Shown: in pieces, positions 14,210 through 26,789 of the stretch
Position numbering within the stretch: position 1 is the stretch's first letter
How the letters are laid out: every line of letters starts with the position of its first letter
Assembly (NCBI GenBank): GCA_043228905.1
Contig: JBHGNT010000017.1
Span: forward strand, 558,001 to 622,000
Origin: Azolla caroliniana
Taxonomy: Eukaryota > Plantae > Polypodiophyta
Reading direction: 5' to 3'
Length of the DNA stretch: 64,000 bases
The notes under the pieces: model-generated
What the model was told of the DNA's origin: nothing
Database searches by the model: none
Seen by the model: the letters and a program-made list of their open reading frames with translations, nothing else
Program-made: the position numbers and the translations under genes

Positions 14210-14445
14210 AAGGTTATACGAAACACAAGTAATTTGGGGTTAATTCAAAAACATGGAAGAATGAGAATGCAAGGTTTACCTGAACAGATCGATCGATTGT
14301 CTGCTCCTCCATCCAACGACACGCACACAGAGATCTTTCTTTCTTCGGGTTGTGTAAACTTGTGTTTTTGGGGGGGGGGGGGAGGGGATTTGTCAATCTG
14401 GAAATACCCTCGGGTTTTCCTTTATTTCAAAAATGCCCTCCGAGT

Positions 14446-14451
<6 letters not shown>

Positions 14452-14530
<79 letters not shown>
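14452..14530. repeat. Compound (CT)n(AT)n microsatellite upstream of BLOS2
   Basis: Visible directly in the sequence. Confidence 0.9.
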
Positions 14531-14534
<4 letters not shown>

Positions 14535-14749
14535 TTATTTTTATCATAATCAGCTTACCCTAGTGGTAAGTTAGACTATTAGCACCAATGTTTAGGGTTC
14601 GAAACCTAATTTTCTCACCTCTCTATTGCTCCATAGATATCTCTTAATTTACTAGATGCCATTGTGGAATGTAGGGGTTAAACCCATGACCTCCTGATCT
14701 CTTTGGCAACCTTATGAACTGAACTATAGTCTCTCTCTCTCTCTCTCTG

Positions 14750-16009
14750 GTAAAAGCACACAATTATATTAATTGTTTGTAAAATCCACTTGTTACAACA
14801 CTTCTTAGTCTCCTTTACCTACTTATCATATCCTATGTAGAGAGAGGGACGTCTTGTAATGCCACTTGAAAACCTGAATATACACTTGAGGAAATGAACC
14901 CTACATGCTTTAACATCTAGAAATTCCACATAAGAATACAGTCTTTCAACTTCTTCATATAGGCTTTCACCCCATGTCTACTATCAAACATGAAAGCATT
15001 ATGCATATTGTAGTCCCCAATATCGTAAAAATTGGAACAATATCGTAAATCTCGTCATTTGGACCATTTTGAACATACTGAGAAAAAACCCATTGTTGAG
15101 GCCTCAAATAGTAATGGGTTAAAACTTGCCAAACATCCGATAAGTACCTCCAAATTATACACACTATACGACATTTGATGAACCTATGTGTACTGTCCTC
15201 CAACAGAATGATCCAAAAGAAACACGTGTTAGACTCTAGTCCTCGTCTCTTTAAGGCTAAACCTATTGGGATCCCACCAATCATGACTCTCGATGTGAAT
15301 ACCTTTGCATGAAATGACAAATGGGAATGCCAACCACACTGTAATATTTGCCACCACCTTGCATTCGACTTACATACATTCCACACCTTTTCTGCTTTAG
15401 GGGATAGCCAAGATAATGATGCCATTGCATGATGATACAATATATTTGTAGTGACCTATAACAAGCATGTACCATCTTGTAACCGCCTATCCACAAAAGG
15501 TGCAACATTTGTTTTCAATTGCAAAGATCCATGCAACAATAGTATATCATGTCATTTATCTCGAATAAATCCATTCGTTTGGCATCTTCAAATGCCAACA
15601 ACCTTGAGATTCATTATCAACCACATCTCCTAAATGAATGACCCTCCAATCAAAATAAACAATTGAATTGAGATTTCAACTTCTCTTCTCAATGCTAACA
15701 CAACATTTGAGAAGAAATGCGCAATTCATTTCATAAAAATTACAAAATTCCCAATCACTTGATGGTGCCCACTTAGAAAAAGATAATACATCTTGTCATG
15801 ACCTTACCAATTGTTGTTCGCATATAAAATGTTGAATCCTTAGAGGAATACATCCATTGAGTAATGGCCACTACGATGCTTGAATATTTGATTTCTCATG
15901 CAACAAATTATCTTTCATGCTCAATAAAAAGATAATGCATCATAGATATCCATGGTTGGACTTGTTGACACATATATTGCAATAATGCAAATCCATGAGC
16001 CATCAAATG
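14750..16009 (-). mobile_element. L1-type LINE, 3' part of ORF2 (zf-RVT region), degenerate
   Basis: Frame 14967-15440 has GLESNTCFFW...EDSTHRFIKC...IW, a decayed CX2C..E...H...C zinc finger typical of plant L1 ORF2. It continues across the Gypsy TSD into 23010. Left end approximate. Confidence 0.7.
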
Positions 16010-16717
16010 TGTTATGGGCATGACCATATAATATCCCGTGGTGAGAATTTACCGTAGTATTCTATACACGTGGATAAGTGTGAGGGTTAAACGAGAGTGT
16101 AAAGAAGGGGAGGATTACTTTTAATCCTTGGGATTGAGACAACCCATTGGGCCAAGTGTGAACATGGCTGGCCTTGGGTATCGCTAAAAATAAGAGGCCT
16201 AGCTACCCTCATTTCATCATCTTGTTGACTACGTCGAGACTCTGTCTTGAGGTGGGTCAAATCTTGTAGCGAGTGCGCCAGCACCAGGTACGACTCGACG
16301 CCACAACGGTGGCATGGGACGCCGATCGAGGCTCGAGTCCGTCTCGATCCCTTCACTCGGGGGTGGTCGGGTGGATCGGCACCCTTCTTTCTCTCTCTCC
16401 TTTTTATCTATTCATCTATATTCTATCCTTATCTAATGCTTACATTAGTCTATGCCTCTAATAGTTGGTATCCGAGCTCATTTTCTAATGTTTCTTTTGT
16501 TGTGTTTTGTGTTCTTGATTGATGGTGATCAATCTACGTGCGATCGACCTTCATGCAGACAAGGATCAACAAAGGAACTTCGGTAATCTTTCTTGTTTTT
16601 TTTATTCTTTCTTCTCCCAATTTAATCATGTGTATGGTTAATATGTATTTTTTTTATAGATTCAATGATGTTGTAGTGGTAATAAATTGGTTATATAAAA
16701 CGTTTACATATGTGTAC

Positions 16718-16960
16718 GAGGTCAATACCTCATTTGACGTATATTGAATATGTGACGAGTGTCGTATGCGCACGAGGTTAATACCTCAATTGCGTACTAC
16801 GTTCACAAACATATGTTACGTTTGCGTATGAGGTCAATACCTCGATTCATTGTAAATTATATGCGTTTGGTTTCGTATGCATAAGAGGTCAATACCTCAA
16901 TTGCGTATTACGATTAACCCTTATTTTTGGATGTCTCGTGTGCGTAGAGGTATATGCCTC
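16718..16960 (+). repeat. Array of five palindromic GAGGT-N4-ACCTC motifs with variable spacers
   Basis: Copies at 16718, 16774, 16830, 16885 and 16947 (spacing 56, 56, 55, 62). The fifth copy is GAGGTATATGCCTC. Confidence 0.85.
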
Positions 16961-18143
16961 GATTACGTCATTTTTGGCTATTAAATATAACGATTTGTTT
17001 ATTATAGGCATATGTGGTCATATGTGTATACGTAGTTGATCGTATATATGTGATAATATACATATGTGTATATAAGTTATTACGTGATTTTAAATCGAAT
17101 GTTTTCCTTTTTGGGGAAAGGATCTTGGTGGCCGTCCTCATATTTTTGTGAGAATAGCATTGTCACCATCCCTTTTTTCAACAATTTTTTATTGTTGAAA
17201 TCCCCGTTGGTAACTTCGATATTTCGTTACGGAAAGAAACGCCTATAGCCATAATGATGTTGAGTACGTAGGGCTTGACCCACTTCATGTGAGGTCGCTC
17301 CTATGACACACATATCCAACATCCCTCCCTTGTTACATGGATACGATGCCACCATGAGATCATTCTTACGAGAGGCATTCATAATGACGTAACCATGTGA
17401 TGGGCCATGTGGGCCTACTACGAAAAGAGGGCTCATTTGGCTTGACCATTAGGTTGCATTTTGGCGTATGCCATCATAATTATGAGACTTGAGGTTAGGT
17501 AATGTACCAACATATTTTGTAGTAAAGAAGGGCGAAATAAGGACTCTTGACATATATGTTTCTTTTAAAAAAACATATATGGGCAAATGCCTTGCATATA
17601 TTTTATACGCATGAAACATTAAACATTCAAGAAGAGCAACCTACTTGGTTGGCTCAACTGTTTAATGTATTTGTTCTCGAGGTCTCAAGTTCAAATATGA
17701 CCAAGACCATAAAACATCGTTGATACATATGACTATAACACATGTTTAAACTTGAGGTCTAAGCGCACTTCGGGTCCTCGTAATAGGACTTAAAGAGCCG
17801 AAACCACATATGTGGGCACCGAAACATAGTTTATTGTTAACATTTTTTTTCGTGTATAAACTACTCATGACGCGGACGTACATGGTTGAGCCTCGGGGAG
17901 CCGCCATATAAAATCGATATAGAGATAAGGGAAAGACATTCATTTGTCACCCACATGGTTTTTAAAACACCTTTGTGTTACCATAGTAACCTGATCTTGA
18001 ACCTTATCTCATACGTCTAGAGGGGTATTGATGTGAGATCATGATATCGATTAATGTTTGCCCATGATATGTTTACATCACGACATGATGTTACGACTAT
18101 CTCTCTGACCTTATCCTATTTCTTTTCCAGAAATAATCATTTA

Positions 18144-21100
18144 ATGGCTCAAAATAACGACCCGATGTCATCCGCTCAAGCGGAAGGAACTCAAGGGAAT
18201 CCTCCTGGACAAATGTCCATTGAGATGTATTTTCGCAAATAACCTAATACCTTAGTTTCACCGCTCAACAGATGACCGAACTTCGGCAATCTCAAAGTGC
18301 TCTCGAGGCACGTGTCATTAGTCTACAATGTGAGACTAATAGACCTGATGAGCGATAGGGTGAACCGTCGTTTGTCGTTAAGCCATTTACGGGAGACAAA
18401 AATGATAGAACCGAAGAAGTAATCAACATGTGGCAGGGCCGATGGGAGTCTCATTTTGAGCTCTATCCCATGCCAGATAGTACGAAGATTGCATATGTCG
18501 GCCGAGAACTAGGGGGTAAGGCCGCCGCCTGTTGGCGTGGGCTCCGTACTTTGGGGAAATTGCTCGATACCTGGACAGATTTTGTCATAGTTTTCAAGGG
18601 CCAATTTCTGCAACCTCCCTCTCGAACCGAGGTAGCACAAGCTTTAATGAACCTCTCTAGTAGGAAATTTTCCTCGCTAGAAGACTATGTCCACCATGCT
18701 AGAACCCAAATCCAAAAATCGTGTCTAGAAGGGGATAATTGGTTAGTAGCTTGTTTTGTCAATGGCATCCCCAATTCGGACTATCATTGGATAGTGCACG
18801 ATAAGGATCTAAAATCCTTCGAAGAGGCCGTTGAAATAGTTCTTCGCTATCAACGCACTTTGAAGGACCACAACAAACCCAACGAAGCGCCCGAGACTAA
18901 GCAGTCACAATTCTCTGGGAAACGCAAGACACCCAACGAATTCATGGATCACGATTGTAAGCGACAACATCCTTTTTGCGTATTCTGCAAAAAGAAGGGT
19001 CATACAAAAGAGCAATGTCAAAAGCTCCAACGGAAAGAGCACGACAACAAAATTAAAGCTGTAGACCATAAAGGTCAGATTCCTAATGTCCTTCAGGTCT
19101 ATACACATCATTTAAGTAATTGTTAATGTACTTTCCCTCACTATGTATTGGGTCCCAATGATTTACTACGTGCAAACAGGTATATCAATGGATCTCCCGT
19201 AAAATTTTTGTTTGATTCGGGAAGCTCACACAACTTTGTGAATGATCGTTTGCTTCAGATATGGGGAATCCAACCCACCGTAAGTGATCACACCTATACG
19301 GTGCACTTGGTTGATGGAAGAGTACAATACATCAATGGGGCGATTCATTCATTAGGAATTTCTATTGATACTTATATAGAGGAAGTAGACTTCCATGTAA
19401 TGAATCTTTGTACCACTGATGTAATACTAGGTTATCCCTAGTTTTATAATAAAAACTCTTCTTTATCTATTGATTGGGTTCATCATTCAATAACATTTGT
19501 ACTGAACGATTGTACTCATTTTATTCAATTTGTAAAAAAAACAATCCCTCTAGATTGTTTCCTCTCCATCAATATCTGAGTTGTCTTGTTCTACTCTATT
19601 TTATTGTGTACTTGATCCAGACATTCACGTTTACAATATCGATACTGTCTCGGTTCAATTAACATATTTTGAACAACAACTTGATGAAATCTTAAATGAT
19701 TTTCGTGATGTTTTTCCGAGTGAACTACCAGATGGGTTACCTCCTAAACGTAATATAGACCATCGTATAGATATTGTACCTGGCGTTGCACTAATAAGTA
19801 TACCTCCTTATCGCTTAAGTCAATCCGAAGAGGATGAGGTATCTAAGCAACTCAAGGACTATTTACAAATGGGTTATATACGTTATAGTAAATCTCCATA
19901 GGGCGCACCAGTTCTCTTGGTTAAAAAGAAAGAGGGCACATGGTGTATGTGTATTAATTACCGATGCTTGAATAAAGTGATGATCAAGAATTCGTATCCA
20001 TTGCCTCGGATTGACGATCTAATTCACCGTCTCCAGGGAGCTCGGTATTTTACGAAACTTGATCTCCGTACTGGCTACCATCAAATTCGTATAAGTGAGG
20101 ACGATGTTCCTAAAACGGCATTTCGTACGCGCTATGGCCATTATGAGTTTTTGGTTATGCCTTTTGGTTTGACCAATGCTCTAGCTACATTTCAACAAGA
20201 AATGAATGGCATTTTCCGAGAACAACTTGGAAAATTTGTCGTTATTTTCTTGGATGATATTTTAGTTTATAGCTATACATTACAAGAACATGCTAAACAT
20301 GTTCGCTTTGTTTTACAAACATTGCGTGACAAACAGTTTTACGCGAAGATCTCAAAATGTGAGTTCTTCAAGAAATCAATTACTTATCTTGGACATCTCA
20401 TAACTGAACAAGGAGTTGAAATTGATCCTTCTCGCATTGAGAAAATCAAGCTTTGGCCCACTCTTTGGAATATTCGAGAAGTTTGATCATTCCTTGGTTT
20501 TGTCGGGTTTTTGCGAAAATCCCTTCGTAATTACTCCCAATTGACAACGCTGTTTACTGATCTTCTAAAAGGTCAAACATGTAAGTCTACAAAACCTATT
20601 GTTTGGAATGCTACACTAGACCTCGCCTTTAAGGAACTCAAGGACCTGGTTTGCAAGGCTCCTTCACTTCTTTTACTCAATCCTTCAAAACCTTTTGATG
20701 TTGAAACCGATGCAAGAGATTATGCTATAGGTGCTGTCTTATATCAAGATGGTAACCAATAGCATTCGAGAGTAAGAAACTTGATTTTGCTCAATGTCGG
20801 TATACCGTTCAAGAAAAGGAATTATTTGCAGTTATACATGCGCTCAAAACATGGCGCCATTATCTTTATGGAAATCGCTTTGTGGTAACTACAAACCACG
20901 AGTTGTTGCAATATTTTTGTGACCAACAAGACCTGCAAGGTCGTAAGGCACGATGGGTTGATCTCATCCAAGACTTTGATTTTTCCATATGATATCGTAA
21001 AGGTTCCGTGAACACTGTCGCTAATGCACTAAGTCGCATCCGTGAAGTTAACATGCTTAGCTTCACTGAAATATCATCAGATCTGTATGATCACCTTCGA

Positions 21101-22603
21101 GGGAAGTATCCTGATGACAGTTATTTTGCAAAATACTGGGTAAGAGTTGAGTCTGGAATAGACACCACCACATCCTTGAAGGAATACTTCCACATTGCTA
21201 ACGGTCTGCTCTATCGTAATGGGAAGGTTTGTGTTCTAGATTTACCCGAGGTCAAAAAGAGGATTCTTTTTGAATGCCATGATGCACCCTCAGCAGGGCA
21301 CCCTGGAATACATCGTACACTCGTTCCCATCTCCACTCAATTTTATTGGCCTAAGATGCGTCCTGACATACATAGCTCTGTGACTAAATGTCACCAATGT
21401 CATGTTAACAAAGCCAAGCGACTTAAAGCCGCAAGACTTTTACATCCCTTGGACATTCCCAATACTAAGTGGGAAAGTATATCCATGGATTTTATTGTTA
21501 GCCTTCCTCGCACCCAAAAAGGCCATGATGCCATCTGGGTTGTGGTTGATAGACTAACTAAAATGGCCAGATTTATTGCTACTAAAACCACGATAACAGC
21601 TCCTGAATTGGCTTACCAATTCGTTGACGAGTTATTTCGTTTTTATGGGTTACCGATGGATATCGTGAGTGATCGAGATCCAAAGTTTACTAGTGACTTC
21701 TGGACGCAAGTCTTTAAGAAGTTAGAAACTACGCTGAGCATGAGCTCCACGGATCATCCTCAATCCGATGGACAGACAGAATGAGTAAATCAAATTATTG
21801 AGGACATGCTTCGAGCATACGTTGGTACAAAACCAACAAAATGGGAACGTTATCTCCCAATTCTGGAGTTTGCTTATAACAGCTCCAAGCATACGTCGAC
21901 GGGATATAGTCCTTTTATGTTGATGTATGGTTTTCAGCCACGAGCCCCGATTGATGTTAATATACATCATGATGAGTTGCGAAGTACGCAGAACTTTCTT
22001 TGGGATATGCAAGATATGTTACATATTGCACGAGATAATATAAAAACAGCTCAAGATAGAGCATGTTTTTATGCCGATCGTAATAGGCAACCTCGTGTAT
22101 TCAACCTTGGACAGAAGGTATTTTTACGTGTACCTCACAATTCTACGACATTGTCTACGGGTAAGTGTGCTAAGTTAGCCCCATGGTTTTGTGGACCATT
22201 TACAATCCTCAAACGCATTGGGTCATCAGCCTATCGTCTCGCTCTTCCCGATGGTGTTGGAATTTATCCAGTCTTTCATGTGAGTCGTCTAAAAGAACTT
22301 CTAGGTTCTGGCGACAATACAGTTACAACTGAAACTCTGGTTACTTCTGAAGAATTATCTTCTAAACCACATGTACCAGAAAGAATTCTCGATGTTAAAA
22401 CAAAAATATTACGTACTAAAGAAATCCGAGATTTTAAAATAAAATGGATGGATAAATCAATAAAAGATGCCACATGGGAACGTGAAAATACTCTCAGAAC
22501 TAACTTCCCTAACTTTCCATTGCAAGAATGCAATGTTTTAAAGAGGGGGGGAGTATGTTACGGGCATGCCCATATAATATCCCGTGGTGAGAATTTACCG
22601 TAG
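18144..22603 (+). pseudogene. Gypsy gag-pol with stops and frameshifts
   Basis: Gag knuckle CVFCKKKGHTKEQC; protease FLFDSGSSHNF; [11 protein letters not shown]...FLDDILVYS; RNaseH VETDA; integrase HDAPSAGH...SMDFI...SDRDPKF; GPF motif; chromodomain PERILD...KIKW...DATWE. Confidence 0.93.
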
Positions 22604-23009
22604 TATTCTATACACGTGGATAAGTGTGAGGGTTAAACGAGAGTGTAAAGAAGGGGAGGATTACTTTTAATCCTCGGGATTGAGACAACCCATTGGGCCA
22701 AGTGTGAACATGGCTGGGGGCCTTGGGTATCACTATAAATAAGAGGCCTAGCTACTCTCATTTCATCATCTTGTTGACTACGTCGAGACTCTGTATTGTG
22801 GTGGGTCAACTCTTGTAGCGAGTGCGCCAGCACCAGGTACGACTTGACGCCACGACGGTGGTATGGGACGCCGATCGAGGCTCGAGTCCGTCTCGATCCC
22901 TTCGCTCGGGTGGATCGGCACCCTTCTTTCTCTCTCTCTCGTTTTTATCTATTCATCCATATTCTATCCTTATCTAATGCTTACATTAGTCTATGTCTCT
23001 AATAAAATG

Positions 23010-25200
23010 CATTTCCAAATCCAATATTGTTGTACCACCTAATAATTTGCGAGTAGTCAAATGGTCCCATGAAATCCATGTAATTCCTAGTCTTTCTCCC
23101 TTCCACCACAACATGAACCAAAGAGGTTGCAACAATATTTGTAATGGCATCTTAGTCCAAGTAATGGTAAAAAATATACTAACATGGTATCAAGATACAT
23201 TGCACCACTTTGAGTCGTACATGAAATGGCGACAATTGAGACGTCTAGTACATAAATTTGTCCTTCAAATTATTACCAATCCATTGATCAATCAATTGAA
23301 CATTTGCAACATCAACACCCAATGGATACCCCAAATGCCTATAAATTGATTTGTGTGTAATCATTGACCCTCGCCATCCCAAACATTCCAAATCACTCTC
23401 CATAGAAGAAAAAAGACGAGACTTCCTCCAATTTATATGCAACCTTGAAGCCAAGACAAATTGATCCCAAACTTGCATACTCCATTCAAAATTTTCTTTT
23501 GAGGTTTGTAGAAACATAAAAGAATCATCAACCAATGCTTGTGCCACCAATTGTTTACCAAAAGGAAAATGCAAACCCACAATATCACCACTGCTTGCAA
23601 GATTGAACAACATTACTAACAAAGGATGTGTAACAATAACAAATAGCAATGGACTTAGTGGACATCCTTGACGCAAGTTGACACATATGAGGCCAAACCC
23701 CATATTATACATCACACCTAAGAGAAAAAACCAATTAACATGATCATATGCTTTTCTAGATCTAATTGCACCATAATCATTTCTTGATGTGTATGTTGAG
23801 TATAAACGGTAGCCATTTGAAAATTCAACACATTGTGCAATATATTTATGCCTGCAATAAAACCATATTGAGATGGGTGAATAAATTGTGGTAAGAATTT
23901 CTTAAGTCTATCTTTGCATACACTTTGTACAACCTTCCCATCAATGAAATAGGCCTCCTTTGATGAAAATGACTCCGAAGATGGTAATATCGGTATCAAT
24001 TTGATTAGGCCCACTGTCTAACTCTCATGCATGAAACCAGAATACCAACATTGTTGAAATATTTGTGTGAATGGACTCTTAAGCATGCAAACATACCTTA
24101 AAAAAACTTCATTTGTAATACCATCCAAACCAGGGTTGTTACCATTTGGAAGGAGTAACGATACCTTTTCCACCTCAACATCCAACTCTTGACAAATATT
24201 TGTATTCACAACACACCCAACTACATTATCAAACTCTTGTCATGCTTTCAACACATTTTCATTAATAATCAACTCTGGCCCAATCAAATTCTTAAAATGA
24301 GAAATACATAACTCAATAACCTTATTGGGTCTACAACAATGTCATCTCCTATTTTAATTTGCACCACATTCGAACGAACATATGATGGTCTTAATTTGTG
24401 AAATAACATATGAGATTGTGATCATCAATTATCTACAAATCCCTCTTGTAACAAACATAGGCTTGCCTTTTGATAACTTTAGCAATACAAATTCTTCACA
24501 ATGTCTTGCAACTAAACTTGAAGATCCAAAGCTCTATTCATCATTAGTACATTGCATCATGTATGAATATGTGAAAACTTATCAATCAATTGCTTATAGC
24601 TTTTATCATTCGTCATACCATACATATAATGAATATCACTAATGTTTCTTAATGTAGTATCCCATGCATGCCATCCCTTTGACATGTTCTAAAAACATGT
24701 TGAAATTTTGTTGCATATAGCATCCAATAAATGATAAAATAATAAAGAACAATTAAACCTTAAACGAACTTTGTCAAGCAATGTTTTATATATATCTACC
24801 ACATGTTTATTAAGCCCAAAACATATGGGGAAATGATCTGAGGTCACAACCTTTTGCACAATTGACATATTAAGCATCTCTTGCAAAAAGGACTCGTCGT
24901 GCATAACATACATTATGTCCAACCTATTCCATGTTCCCTTATATTGCATAGGTTGAAATCTAAACCCTAGCTTATCTCGATGCAACCATTTCCATACATT
25001 GAACTTCAAAACCACTAACACCAATTTGTCCCAAACTACTTGCTCAGAAAAATCTATCAATGAGAATCGTGAAGTAGATTGTGATGCATCAACACACATA
25101 TTAAAATCACCCATCAACAAACCAACATGACCCATTGATAACCTTGGCTACATAGAAGACCACAACCCAATGTGTTGATTAACATTGTTGGGTGCATAAA
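23010..25200 (-). mobile_element. L1-type LINE ORF2 middle (APE C-terminal half and RT), degenerate
   Basis: YAPN near 25190; LMGDFN, NRLD, SDHFPI (APE); NPGLDG, QYGFIAG, QLDLEK, LRQGCPLSPLLF, VDDS, YRHLGYPLG (RT). Confidence 0.88.
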
Positions 25201-26043
25201 TGATCTTGCTAAATCATGACACTTATGCTAAAAACACCGGGACATGTGAAATAGGTAATATGTCATATTCTCTTTTTCACACTTTAGTGAGATGTCTAAA
25301 AATGCCTTATTTTAGCAAACTTTCAAGAACATCTCATGTATGTCTACATGATTCTTAAGACATAGCCAATTTCGAATGTAAATAATTTTAAGACAAGAAA
25401 ATCAATAATCCTATATTCAATCTATCACATTTTTTATCCAATTCTTAGATAAGGTATGAAAATCCATGGAAGTATAATTGTATTAACCATCATTGTACAT
25501 AATATCAAATTCAAACCCCACTTAATAAATTTTAAAATGCAAATTTTGTGTGTATAATAATATGTAAAACTTCCAAAAGGGATTTCTAGAGTTTGTTGTA
25601 TTGAGTTACTATTATACTGAGAGAAATATTCCAATGACACATGACACAAGTCACCTTCAATGTGAAAAAAATTGAACTACAATAACTTCTCAATCCTAAG
25701 AATAAATGACAAGGTATGATATCATTGTGAAGGTATAATATCATCAGAATCTATAGAAAAAGCTAGATTACACCAACCTGGCAATCCCCCCCCCCCCCCG
25801 TTCATGGTTGCCTCATGGAGAGAAAGTGCTTGAAATGGCAAAATAACAAAGTTGTTTCGTCGACAATGCTCTTGAGCTCTTGAACTTCTTGAATGCGATA
25901 ATGACGAGGAGGACAAAGACCTTTCCTTATATAGCTATTTTTAAATGTTTAATTATTTAAAAATAATAATAACTTGATAATTTGAATATTTATCTCTTTA
26001 TTTTCCACATTTATGGTATATTTGCCTTATGTGTGGCTTTCCC

Positions 26044-26752
26044 TATTAGATATAATCAATTATCAGCCCCAAGTTGTAAATCTATCCCCATATGTGCTCT
26101 TAGACTACAGATTTTGTGTTAGTGCCCCAAATGAGGAGCGGCTAGTGTGCAACTCGACCATATGGGTCGATAAGGTGTTAATCTAGGAAATCGTAGATGC
26201 GTAGGACACAATGGATTTAGGATAGAGCGAAATAGGTAATAGTATTGGCTAATCAAGTCAACTAAAATATTTTGTGGGCAAGTTACAATGTACTTAGTCT
26301 TGAAGTATGTGCCATTGACTTCAAGATAAGTACTATCTAGCACTAGCTTGTATCTAGGGAGTTGGGTCATATTAAATGACAAGTCAGTTGACAGAAAAGG
26401 AATATCTCCACTACTATCAACTGACATGCACATTTAATGTTACACTCAGACCAAACAGAGAATATAATCCACTCTCTTACACAATGGTGTATTGATCATC
26501 AGTCGCCACTAATTTTGTAGTGAGATGGTCTAGATCGCATCCAAGCTCTAAGGTGTGAGCGCATGGGTGAACTACCATTGTGAGCTACTCTCATATGTAA
26601 TAGAAGTTTTGTTTTCATACATCCATCTCTGTGGTTGTAACTCTATATACCTATCTAATTGATTCTCAATATTTCTAACATGGTATCAGAGCTGAGAGGT
26701 TGATCTAGATTAGGTATATACGGGTAGTTGTTGTCTAGCAGCACAGAGAAAT

Positions 26753-26789
<37 letters not shown>

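Larger units (their letters stand above)
16010..23004 (+). mobile_element. Ty3/Gypsy chromovirus LTR retrotransposon, full length, degenerate
   Basis: 5' LTR 16010-16463, 3' LTR 22556-23004; TSD AAATG (16005-16009 / 23005-23009); tRNA-iMet-type PBS TGGTATCCGAGC 16466-16477; PPT AAGAGGGGGGGAG 22541-22553; domain order gag-PR-RT-RH-INT-chromo. Confidence 0.96.

Noticed and set aside
16718-16960. Bona fide CRISPR array
   Set aside because: Repeats are only 14 nt, there are no cas genes, and the array lies inside a plant retrotransposon. Reported as a hairpin array instead.
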